A stretch of DNA of 30,973 nucleotides from a virus (Duplodnaviria; Caudoviricetes), in IMG/VR virus record IMGVR_UViG_3300030100_000989, positions 1 to 30,973 of that record. One strand, 5' to 3'. A program made the translations under genes and the position numbers. Below, one piece after another: positions 1-6,833 of the stretch. Every line of letters starts with the position of its first letter. The first letter of the stretch is position 1. The notes under the pieces are model-generated. The model was not told the origin of the DNA. It searched no databases and worked only from the letters and a program-made list of their open reading frames with translations.

Positions 1-43
1 GAAAAAGACCTGCGGAGATCTTGTAGGTGCCTCCTCCTCATTA

Positions 44-334
44 CTAATGAAGGATCCTATTCATATTCTTTTTACCTAATTTCTCTAAATCATCTAATTC
101 ATTAAGATCACTGTTTAATATTTGTCTGCAGCTTCTCAAAGAATTTATTTCCCCTTGGACTTCTGCCATGGCCCATAACTCTGATAGCCAATGATGTGCA
201 GAACCTTTCTCCTTATCGTATTCTAGATTAGGCTCCGCACCATTTTTAATTTTAGATTCAATAATCTTAATCATAGTCTCTTTAAATTTCTCTTTTTCTT
301 TTTGAGTTATATTAAACTTGATTTCTTTTTTCAT
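44..334 (-). CDS. Hypothetical phage protein (96 aa)
   Basis: ORF co-oriented with and overlapping the upstream small gene; no motif recognised. Confidence 0.7.
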   Translation of the reverse strand: MKKEIKFNITQKEKEKFKETMIKIIESKIKNGAEPNLEYDKEKGSAHHWLSELWAMAEVQGEINSLRSCRQILNSDLNELDDLEKLGKKNMNRILH

Positions 335-458
335 ACTCTTTATCCACTAATTGAGAAAGGATGCCTGATATTTTCTTATCTTTCCCTGCTAGTTTTTTTA
401 ACTTCTTATGAGTCTCCACCCTCACAATAACTGACTTATATTTCGCAATGTCGGTCAT
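312..458 (-). CDS. Small basic DNA-binding protein, ribbon-helix-helix-like (48 aa; not in ORF track)
   Basis: Translated by hand: MTDIAKYKSVIVRVETHKKLKKLAGKDKKISGILSQLVDKEYEKRNQV. ATGA overlap with the 455..673 stop; GGGAGA Shine-Dalgarno (SD) at 465-470; fills an otherwise empty gap. The RHH fold is inferred from a strand-helix-helix pattern. Confidence 0.75.
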   Translation of the reverse strand: MTDIAKYKSVIVRVETHKKLKKLAGKDKKISGILSQLVDKEYEKRNQV

Positions 459-673
459 ACTATTTCTCCCTTCGCATAATCCTCTAAAAGAGTATAAAAC
501 TCCTGCATATCTTTAATCATTGTTTCATACTGTTGTTTGTGTTCTTTAGTTAATCTGTGGTAGCCTTTTGTTTCTGGAAGTTCATTGGCTTTTGCCATTG
601 ACTCATCAAAAACTGAAAAGGTTCCTGTTAGTTCTTGTTCTATTTCCATCTCTAGTTCTTTTACTCTGCCCAT
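455..673 (-). CDS. Hypothetical acidic phage protein (72 aa)
   Basis: AGGAGA SD at 680-685 and a promoter-like sequence directly upstream. Confidence 0.8.
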   Translation of the reverse strand: MGRVKELEMEIEQELTGTFSVFDESMAKANELPETKGYHRLTKEHKQQYETMIKDMQEFYTLLEDYAKGEIV

Positions 674-688
674 TTTATTTCTCCTGTA

Positions 689-730
689 TTTCTAAGATAA
701 TATATAGTATCTCCTATCGTTATTGTCAAG
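689..730 (-). promoter_or_regulatory. Sigma70-type promoter, TTGACA-17-TATATA
   Basis: Minus strand reads cTTGACA ataacgataggagatac TATATA ttat cttagaaa; perfect -35 at 729-724. Confidence 0.65.
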
Positions 731-2189
731 TTTTTTTCTTTTTTCCTTCTATCAACCAAGATTTAAGTTTTTCACCTAACGATTGTGATGCTAAATCAAT
801 CTTGTTTCTGAGACTATTTACAATGTTTTCATCAACAGTTTTCTCAGATATCAAATCAATATAAGTCACATTATTCTTTTGACCGATACGGTGCGCCCTG
901 TCCTCTGATTGAATTCTTTTTTCTAAGTCATAGTTATTTGAAAAGTAGATAACAGTATGTGCCTGGGTCAATGTTAGTCCATAGCCACCTGTTTGTTGGT
1001 TAGCCACAAAGAATCTGACATCACTATCTTTGTCTTGAAAAATTTTTACGATATCTTGTCGGTCTTTATCTTTAGTATCACCGAAGTAAGTCACCACAGT
1101 TTCTTCTCCATATTTTTTTGATAATGCTTTTTGTATATCAAAAATACTTTGTCGATAGTTTGCCCAGATAATAATCTTACCCTCTGTTTCTTCTATTACA
1201 TTTAGCAGCTCATCAAGTCTATTGTTTTTCAAAGGTATTGATTGTCCGTCGTCCGTGGGTAGATAACCACAAGTAATCTGATGTAGTCTTAGAAGCATTG
1301 TCATTGTATTTGTGACTGATAAAATATCCTGGTCGAGTTGAGTAATGGCAAAAGTCGATAGATCATTGTACGCTTTCTCCTGCTCTTTAGTCATCTCAAC
1401 ATATCGAGGTTGATAAACTTTCGAAGGTAGATCTAAACAATCCTCTTTTAATACTCTAAACGAAAAGGTCCCCAACTTTACAGATAGTTCGTCTAAGTTT
1501 CGAAAGCCAACAATGTGAGGAAAAGCATGAGTAGAACTATGTCGTTTTACTTCGATAGCATAGCGAGCCTTATAAGCGTAGTAAGAACTAAAACCTAAAA
1601 GGTCTTCATCTAAAAACTGACATTGAGAATATAAATCCAAAGGATTTTTAGTGACAGGAGATCCTGTCAATATCCTTCTGTAAGATGCTCTTTTACAAAC
1701 TTTTAAAATATTTTTTGTGCGTTTCGCAGTTGGACTTTTAATCGTGGTGCTTTCATCTATAGCTAACATTGCTAGTGTACCTAATAAATATTTCTCCAAA
1801 AACTGCACCGCAGGTTGATGAGCTAGGGCCTCGACATTCATTAAAAAAATATCTAATCCTTCAAAAGAATTAGACAACTTATCTAAACTTTGTTGGTCTT
1901 CTTTTTTTCTAGAACTCGGTGCCACCCAAGTGGTCACTCTAGTTTCAATATGATCAGGTAGATGTGCGGGTATTTCTAATCTTTCCCAATTACGGTATAC
2001 ACCTTTTGGTGCAATGATAACTGCTGCATTAATCTCACCTGCATCATAAAGCATGGCAATATTATCAATCAATACTTTTGATTTGCCTGTCCCCATTTCC
2101 ATGAAGTAGGCAAAATTTGTTTTTTCCCAACTACAACCCAATGCTTGTAATTGATGATTAAACGGCTTCGTTTTAAAATTCGGATACAT
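726..2189 (-). CDS. SNF2-family (SF2) helicase/ATPase
   Basis: Motif I EMGTGKS, motif II DEST, motif III LTGSP, motif V GGYGLTL, motif VI QSEDRAHRIGQ. Confidence 0.93.
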   Translation of the reverse strand: MYPNFKTKPFNHQLQALGCSWEKTNFAYFMEMGTGKSKVLIDNIAMLYDAGEINAAVIIAPKGVYRNWERLEIPAHLPDHIETRVTTWVAPSSRKKEDQQSLDKLSNSFEGLDIFLMNVEALAHQPAVQFLEKYLLGTLAMLAIDESTTIKSPTAKRTKNILKVCKRASYRRILTGSPVTKNPLDLYSQCQFLDEDLLGFSSYYAYKARYAIEVKRHSSTHAFPHIVGFRNLDELSVKLGTFSFRVLKEDCLDLPSKVYQPRYVEMTKEQEKAYNDLSTFAITQLDQDILSVTNTMTMLLRLHQITCGYLPTDDGQSIPLKNNRLDELLNVIEETEGKIIIWANYRQSIFDIQKALSKKYGEETVVTYFGDTKDKDRQDIVKIFQDKDSDVRFFVANQQTGGYGLTLTQAHTVIYFSNNYDLEKRIQSEDRAHRIGQKNNVTYIDLISEKTVDENIVNSLRNKIDLASQSLGEKLKSWLIEGKKKKT

Positions 2190-2202
2190 AACTAGTAAAA
2201 AC

Positions 2203-2244
2203 TTTCTAAGTTCTTTATATAGGATTGTTTATATTACTGTCAAG
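2203..2244 (-). promoter_or_regulatory. Sigma70-type promoter upstream of the SNF2 gene
   Basis: Minus strand reads cTTGACA gtaatataaacaatcc TATATA aagaa cttagaaa; same 42-bp architecture as 689-730. Confidence 0.6.
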
Positions 2245-2432
2245 TCTTTTTTACTACAAAATGTGGTTAAGTATAGTCTATCTGCTTTCATCATCTCGTA
2301 GGTTTGTTTCGCAGCTAAGGCACATTCTTGTAAAGTATCAAAGGGTGTAGGCATTATTTCCTGGATGCAGGTGTTTTCCAAAGAAGTAAAAGGATCATTT
2401 ATACACAACCAAAGCATCATAAAATATTTCAT
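2229..2432 (-). CDS. Small Cys-containing hypothetical protein (67 aa)
   Basis: Hydrophobic N-terminus, four Cys, FDTLQEC segment; fills the gap before the divergent operon. Confidence 0.7.
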   Translation of the reverse strand: MKYFMMLWLCINDPFTSLENTCIQEIMPTPFDTLQECALAAKQTYEMMKADRLYLTTFCSKKDLTVI

Positions 2433-2484
2433 GCTTGAAATTTTATAGGAAATAATCTATCTATCATAGTTATATAATTATAGA
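2433..2484 (+). promoter_or_regulatory. Divergent promoter region; probable leaderless start for the methyltransferase
   Basis: TTGAAA at 2435-2440; TATAAT at 2473-2478 lies 6 nt before ATG 2485; no SD. Confidence 0.5.
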
Positions 2485-3576
2485 ATGTTGTCACACTTAG
2501 ATTTATTTAGTGGTATTGGCGGTTTTAGTTTAGGATTAGAATCTGCGGGCGTAGCAAAGACAGTTGCTTTTTGTGATTTTGATGACTATTGCCAACAAGT
2601 TTTAAAAAAAAATTTTCCAACTGTACCAATTTATAATGATGTGAAGGAGTTAAATTATGAAAGACTTAAAGCAGATGGAATTAATACCGTTGACATCATC
2701 ACAGGAGGATATCCTTGCCAACCTTTCTCCGTCGCAGGTAGAAAAAAAGGTGAGCAAGATCCGAGACACGTCTGGCCAGAAATGTTTAGACTTATCAAAG
2801 AACTCAAACCAACTTGGGTTATTGGAGAAAATGTTGGTGGACACATTAAACTCGGTCTCGACACCGTACTCGAGAACTTGGAGAGTGAAGGTTACTCCGC
2901 AAGGACGTTTAGTATTTCAGCTGCTAGCGTCGGCGCCAACCACAAAAGAGAAAGAGTCTGGATTATGGCCCACTCCGACGAGATGCAACGACAGTTTTTA
3001 CGTGGACAAGAGCCCGAACAAACACAAAAGACATTCGAGGGGATTGGCGAGCGAAGTGGAGCACAGATCTCTATGGCCCACTCCGAACGCTTGGGACGGA
3101 CAGAGGGGACCCAGGAGTCAAAAGAATTTGAGGGAAAAGAACCATCAGATCAATCTGATAACCGCAGTGAAAGACTCACAGAGTCCCGAGCCGGTGAAGA
3201 TGTGGCCAACTCCGAGAGCATCAAATCCTGGGAGCAGACCGAATGGGAGGGGAGGGAAAATTCTTCAAGAAGAAGTTCAAATAGCAGAGGGCATTCGCAA
3301 GAGAGGACAAAAGATGTGGCCGACACCGAGGGCAGCGATAGGAATGGGGATGAGATTGACGGAGAACATGGCGAAACTGAGACACAAAAAATATTTGGAG
3401 ACGGAAGTAGCATACCAAGAATCGGCGCCTGGTGGGAGTTTGAACCCGACGTGGGTCGAGTGGCTCATGGGGTATCCAAGCGGGTGGACAGACTTAAATG
3501 TTTAGGCAATTCAGTTGTTCCTCAGATACCTTACGTGCTAGGTTTAACTATAAAAAAAGTTTTAGAAAATGAATAA
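2485..3576 (+). CDS. dcm: DNA (cytosine-5)-methyltransferase, large (alpha) polypeptide lacking motif IX
   Basis: Motif I LDLFSGIGGF, IV GGYPCQPFS (catalytic PC), VI ENV, VIII HKRERVWI, X RLKCLGNSVVP. The region between VIII and X is low-complexity with no motif IX. Confidence 0.93.
   Translation: MLSHLDLFSGIGGFSLGLESAGVAKTVAFCDFDDYCQQVLKKNFPTVPIYNDVKELNYERLKADGINTVDIITGGYPCQPFSVAGRKKGEQDPRHVWPEMFRLIKELKPTWVIGENVGGHIKLGLDTVLENLESEGYSARTFSISAASVGANHKRERVWIMAHSDEMQRQFLRGQEPEQTQKTFEGIGERSGAQISMAHSERLGRTEGTQESKEFEGKEPSDQSDNRSERLTESRAGEDVANSESIKSWEQTEWEGRENSSRRSSNSRGHSQERTKDVADTEGSDRNGDEIDGEHGETETQKIFGDGSSIPRIGAWWEFEPDVGRVAHGVSKRVDRLKCLGNSVVPQIPYVLGLTIKKVLENE
2657..3505 (+). CDS. Nested +1-frame gene: putative beta subunit of the C5 methyltransferase (four WPTP modules plus motif IX)
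   Basis: 282-aa ORF; AAGGAG SD at 2644-2649, 7 nt before the ATG; C-terminal LNPTWVEWLMGYPSGWT resembles motif IX (LTPRECARLQGFP-type). Confidence 0.8.
   Translation: MKDLKQMELIPLTSSQEDILANLSPSQVEKKVSKIRDTSGQKCLDLSKNSNQLGLLEKMLVDTLNSVSTPYSRTWRVKVTPQGRLVFQLLASAPTTKEKESGLWPTPTRCNDSFYVDKSPNKHKRHSRGLASEVEHRSLWPTPNAWDGQRGPRSQKNLREKNHQINLITAVKDSQSPEPVKMWPTPRASNPGSRPNGRGGKILQEEVQIAEGIRKRGQKMWPTPRAAIGMGMRLTENMAKLRHKKYLETEVAYQESAPGGSLNPTWVEWLMGYPSGWTDLNV
2963..3430 (+). repeat. Four imperfect tandem modules starting TGGCCNACWCCG (WPTP)
   Basis: TGG codons at 2966, 3074, 3203 and 3317 (spacings 108, 129, 114 nt, all multiples of 3). Confidence 0.85.
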
Positions 3577-3892
3577 AGTATATGTAACTACGAATACGAA
3601 ACTACCCACAGGAGGTTATCGAGATATATCTGATTGTGAGAGATTTGGGACTCCCTATATTATGTTTGAAAATCCAAGACAAGTTCAAGTAAATTCATCT
3701 AGGTTTGTATTTTCTGTTGAGAAAAAATTAAAAGATTTTACCTCAAATGATTTCTTATTATTGATGGGAGATCCTGTATTAATTGGCATAGTTTGTGCAG
3801 TCGCAGGAAAAATTACAAATAATAATTTTAAGGTATTGAAATGGGATAGAGAAAGTGCTATATATATTCCTATAACAATAGAATTAAAATAG
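3569..3892 (+). CDS. Hypothetical replication-module protein (107 aa)
   Basis: Overlaps the methyltransferase stop; DFLLLMGDP and LKWDR segments; alpha/beta pattern. Confidence 0.8.
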   Translation: MNKVYVTTNTKLPTGGYRDISDCERFGTPYIMFENPRQVQVNSSRFVFSVEKKLKDFTSNDFLLLMGDPVLIGIVCAVAGKITNNNFKVLKWDRESAIYIPITIELK

Positions 3893-3901
3893 GAGAATAA
3901 A

Positions 3902-4465
3902 ATGGGTCTATTAGATAAAGCGCTAGAGCAGTCTAAAATAAATTCTTTAGACAGTGCTCAAGTCTCTGATATTGGAGAAGCCTGTACTGAATTAGATAAT
4001 GTAAGGCAAGCCAAAGCTGATAAAGCTGCAGAGATAAAGAAGTTAGAAGAGAGAGAGTTTCAATTAGAAAATGAAATTATCCCTTCAATGATAGAAGAAG
4101 CAGGAGTTAAATCTTTAACCCTGACAGACGGAAGTAAAGTTTCTATCAAAGATCAACTACGTGCAAACATCACAATGGAAAACGAAGATTATTGTTTTAC
4201 CAGGTTGAAAGAAATGGGACTAGATGATGTTATTAAAAACGAGGTAAAGTTGACCTTTGGTCGTGGACAAGATTCTGATGCAAGCAATCTTATAACTGAG
4301 TTACAAGACCGTGGTCTGTATCCTAGTAATAAAAAAGGTGTTGCATGGAATACACTCTCCAAACTAGTAGAGGAACAGATTGCCAAGGGTTCGATGACAT
4401 CTGTTGATCAAGAAAAGTTTGGGGTTTACACTTTTAAAAAAGTGAAGATCGAACGAAAAAAATAA
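3902..4465 (+). CDS. Phage protein with N-terminal coiled coil, upstream of the putative SSB
   Basis: AGGAG SD; charged heptad region followed by a beta-rich segment; function unknown. Confidence 0.8.
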   Translation: MGLLDKALEQSKINSLDSAQVSDIGEACTELDNVRQAKADKAAEIKKLEEREFQLENEIIPSMIEEAGVKSLTLTDGSKVSIKDQLRANITMENEDYCFTRLKEMGLDDVIKNEVKLTFGRGQDSDASNLITELQDRGLYPSNKKGVAWNTLSKLVEEQIAKGSMTSVDQEKFGVYTFKKVKIERKK

Positions 4466-4482
4466 CAATAGGAAAATAAAAA

Positions 4483-5271
4483 ATGACAAATGCAAAAGCA
4501 AATGGTGCAGTCACCACAAAGGCTGAAAAACTACCTGCGATGAACATGGAAAACCTTGAGAAGTTTGCAGGTACAGGTCTCGATACTATCACCACTGATG
4601 ATATCGCAACGCCAAGATTAAAAGTCTTGGCACAAATGTCTCCAGAGTTAGAGGAAATTGAAGGTGCAAAAGCCGGAATGATCTTAAATTCTGTGAGTAA
4701 AAAGGTGTACCCTGGACAAGAAGGGATCAAAGTTGTTGTCTGTGGGTATGAAAAAGTGTGGTTGGAATGGCAAGACAGAGGTAAAGGCTCCTCTGCTCCT
4801 GTCAATATCTTTTCAGCAAAAGATAAACCGACCAACGCAGTACGTGGAGATGACGGTAAATTCCGTCTTGAGAGCGGAAACTACCTAGAGGAATGTGCAA
4901 ACTTTTATGTGCTTCTTTTAAATGGTGGTGTGGCCCCAGAGCCTGCAATCATATCAATGAAAGCAACACAATTAAAAGCTGCGAGAAGTTGGGCTTATAG
5001 TTTAAAGAATGAATTCATTCAAAACCCAACAAGCAAAAAACTTTTCTTGGCTCCTAGTTGGTATCGTATCTACGAACTGACTACCACCAAACAATCTAAT
5101 GATAAAGGTTCTTGGTATGGTTGGGTTGTCAACAAAGGTGAGTTCTTAAACAAGGAAGACACTTTTGATATGGCTGCAAATTTCAATGAGTCTGTTAGAA
5201 AAGGTATTGTTAAACCTAAGTATGATGACGAAGTTGAAACTTCAAACGCATCTGGTGAAATTCCGTTTTAA
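4483..5271 (+). CDS. Putative single-stranded DNA-binding protein
   Basis: Located before the primase; aromatic-rich beta segments (NDKGSWYGW); acidic tail YDDEVETSNASGEIPF like bacterial SSB C-termini. Confidence 0.7.
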   Translation: MTNAKANGAVTTKAEKLPAMNMENLEKFAGTGLDTITTDDIATPRLKVLAQMSPELEEIEGAKAGMILNSVSKKVYPGQEGIKVVVCGYEKVWLEWQDRGKGSSAPVNIFSAKDKPTNAVRGDDGKFRLESGNYLEECANFYVLLLNGGVAPEPAIISMKATQLKAARSWAYSLKNEFIQNPTSKKLFLAPSWYRIYELTTTKQSNDKGSWYGWVVNKGEFLNKEDTFDMAANFNESVRKGIVKPKYDDEVETSNASGEIPF

Positions 5272-6833
5272 TGGGACCAGGGGTCTCTAAATTTAAAGAG
5301 ATCTTTCTAGGGTTGGAGCGTGCTTATGGTACGTTCCAACCTGGTGAGAGTTTTCGAGAAGACAATAAAGCAGAGGGTAAATCTTTTATCCATAAGCAAC
5401 AAATCGAAGACACTCTATGGGAGGATCATCTCAAAGGTGCATGGCCTAGTTTAGGCATCTTTCCGATAAACGATGAAGATAAGTGTCGTTGGGGGTGCAT
5501 TGACATAGATCAATACCCTCTTGATCATTTAAGTATCGTTACCAAACTTAAAGAAAAAAATTTACCATTCGTTGTGACTAAATCTAAAAGTGGTGGTGCA
5601 CATCTTTTTTTATTTTTTAAAGATTATGTTCCCGCAGGAGCAGTGCAGAAAAAGATTAAAGAGTTAGCGTCTTTGATGGGGCTAGGACATTGTGAAGTTT
5701 TTCCAAAGCAAGACAAACTAATTAGAGAGGGTATCAATACAAAGGATTGGGAAGTGGGTAGCTTTCTTAATCTACCTTATCATAATGGTTATGATTATTC
5801 TGATAGGCACGCTTTTAATGATAAGGGCAATGCATTGTCCTTAGATGAATTTTTATTAGAGGTAGATAAAAAGTCTATTACCTTAGATCAACTAAAAAAA
5901 TTATCTTTAACAAACGAATCATCAGAGTTTAAAGATGCACCGTTTTGTATTGAAGCATATTTAACAGAGAATAAACAAGTTCAACAGGGCAGTAGAGATA
6001 GTTTTTTATTTCAATACGCTATCTTTGCTAAGAAAAAATATGGAGAAAACTATGAAGAAGAGGTTCATAAGTTTCACCATAAATACTTTGAGGACCCCTT
6101 ATCTCCCAAACAATTAGAAAAAATAATTAAGCAAGCAGATAAAAAAGAATGGGGCTACAAGTGTAAGGACCAACCCATGTGTTCTTATTGTAATAAATCA
6201 AAATGTAGAATTAGAAAGTATGGAGTGGGAGATAGTAATGTCATCACCGATATCGGAAATGTTGTTCAACATGGTGATGATGCTGATACTATTTATCATG
6301 TCACATTAAATGATGAGCATAGACTAGTTCTAAATGTAGAGGAGTTATACGATCAACATAAATTCAGAAAGAAGTGTTTGACTAAAATTGCATCAATGCC
6401 TTCTTTGATGAATCGTGATGATTGGGATGCTTTTGTTTTAAGTATTGTGTCCAAAGCTATAAAGGTGGCGCCCGACTTTGAGGTCACCCCAGAGGGTCAA
6501 TTTAAAACTATTCTCAATAGGTATATTTCTAATCAAGCCAATGCAGTGGATATAGAGGAGATTCTCAATGGTCAGTGTTTCGTGGACGAAGAGGACAATA
6601 AAGTTTATTTTAGGTTAGATCAACTTCAAGAATTTATGAAGAACAGAAGGTATGCTCAACTAACAGGTATTCAATTAGGTATCTATCTAAGAGAGTTAGG
6701 CGGAGATAGCACCAAAAGAAAATTAGGGAATAAAAAAGGTCAATTGGTTTGGTGGGTCCCTAATGATAAGTTTAACACTAAGGTAGAATTACCGCCTGAA
6801 GAAGAAATAAAAGAGGAGACCATACCATTTTAA
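5271..6833 (+). CDS. Archaeo-eukaryotic primase (AEP)-type primase/prim-pol
   Basis: WGCIDID (DxD motif I), SKSGGAHLF (motif II His), PriCT-like GSRDSFLF segment, Cys cluster CKDQPMCSYCNKSKC; TAATG coupling to the SSB gene. Confidence 0.85.
   Translation: MGPGVSKFKEIFLGLERAYGTFQPGESFREDNKAEGKSFIHKQQIEDTLWEDHLKGAWPSLGIFPINDEDKCRWGCIDIDQYPLDHLSIVTKLKEKNLPFVVTKSKSGGAHLFLFFKDYVPAGAVQKKIKELASLMGLGHCEVFPKQDKLIREGINTKDWEVGSFLNLPYHNGYDYSDRHAFNDKGNALSLDEFLLEVDKKSITLDQLKKLSLTNESSEFKDAPFCIEAYLTENKQVQQGSRDSFLFQYAIFAKKKYGENYEEEVHKFHHKYFEDPLSPKQLEKIIKQADKKEWGYKCKDQPMCSYCNKSKCRIRKYGVGDSNVITDIGNVVQHGDDADTIYHVTLNDEHRLVLNVEELYDQHKFRKKCLTKIASMPSLMNRDDWDAFVLSIVSKAIKVAPDFEVTPEGQFKTILNRYISNQANAVDIEEILNGQCFVDEEDNKVYFRLDQLQEFMKNRRYAQLTGIQLGIYLRELGGDSTKRKLGNKKGQLVWWVPNDKFNTKVELPPEEEIKEETIPF

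Noticed and set aside
1-41. Possible gene start at 41 on the minus strand (MRRRHLQDLRRSF...)
   Set aside because: Truncated by the window edge and lacks a clear SD; cannot be supported.
568-864. 98-aa plus-strand ORF, hydrophobic and holin-like at first glance
   Set aside because: Antisense to two well-supported genes and a promoter; the hydrophobicity reflects the T-rich complement of Lys/Glu codons; no SD.
2966-3330. WPTP DNA repeats as a CRISPR array or DGR template/variable repeats
   Set aside because: Conserved cores are only about 12-18 bp, vary at codon third positions and have about 100-bp spacers; no cas or reverse transcriptase gene in the window.
2650-3468. Five minus-strand ORFs over the methyltransferase locus
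   Set aside because: Short antisense shadows with no SD or motifs; only the +1 sense frame has independent support.
2950-3505. Double programmed frameshift, or an intron/intein, producing a single MTase chain
   Set aside because: No slippery site, splice or intein motifs seen. The +1 frame is open about 300 nt upstream of the first module and has its own SD and ATG, favouring a separate polypeptide. Not formally excluded.
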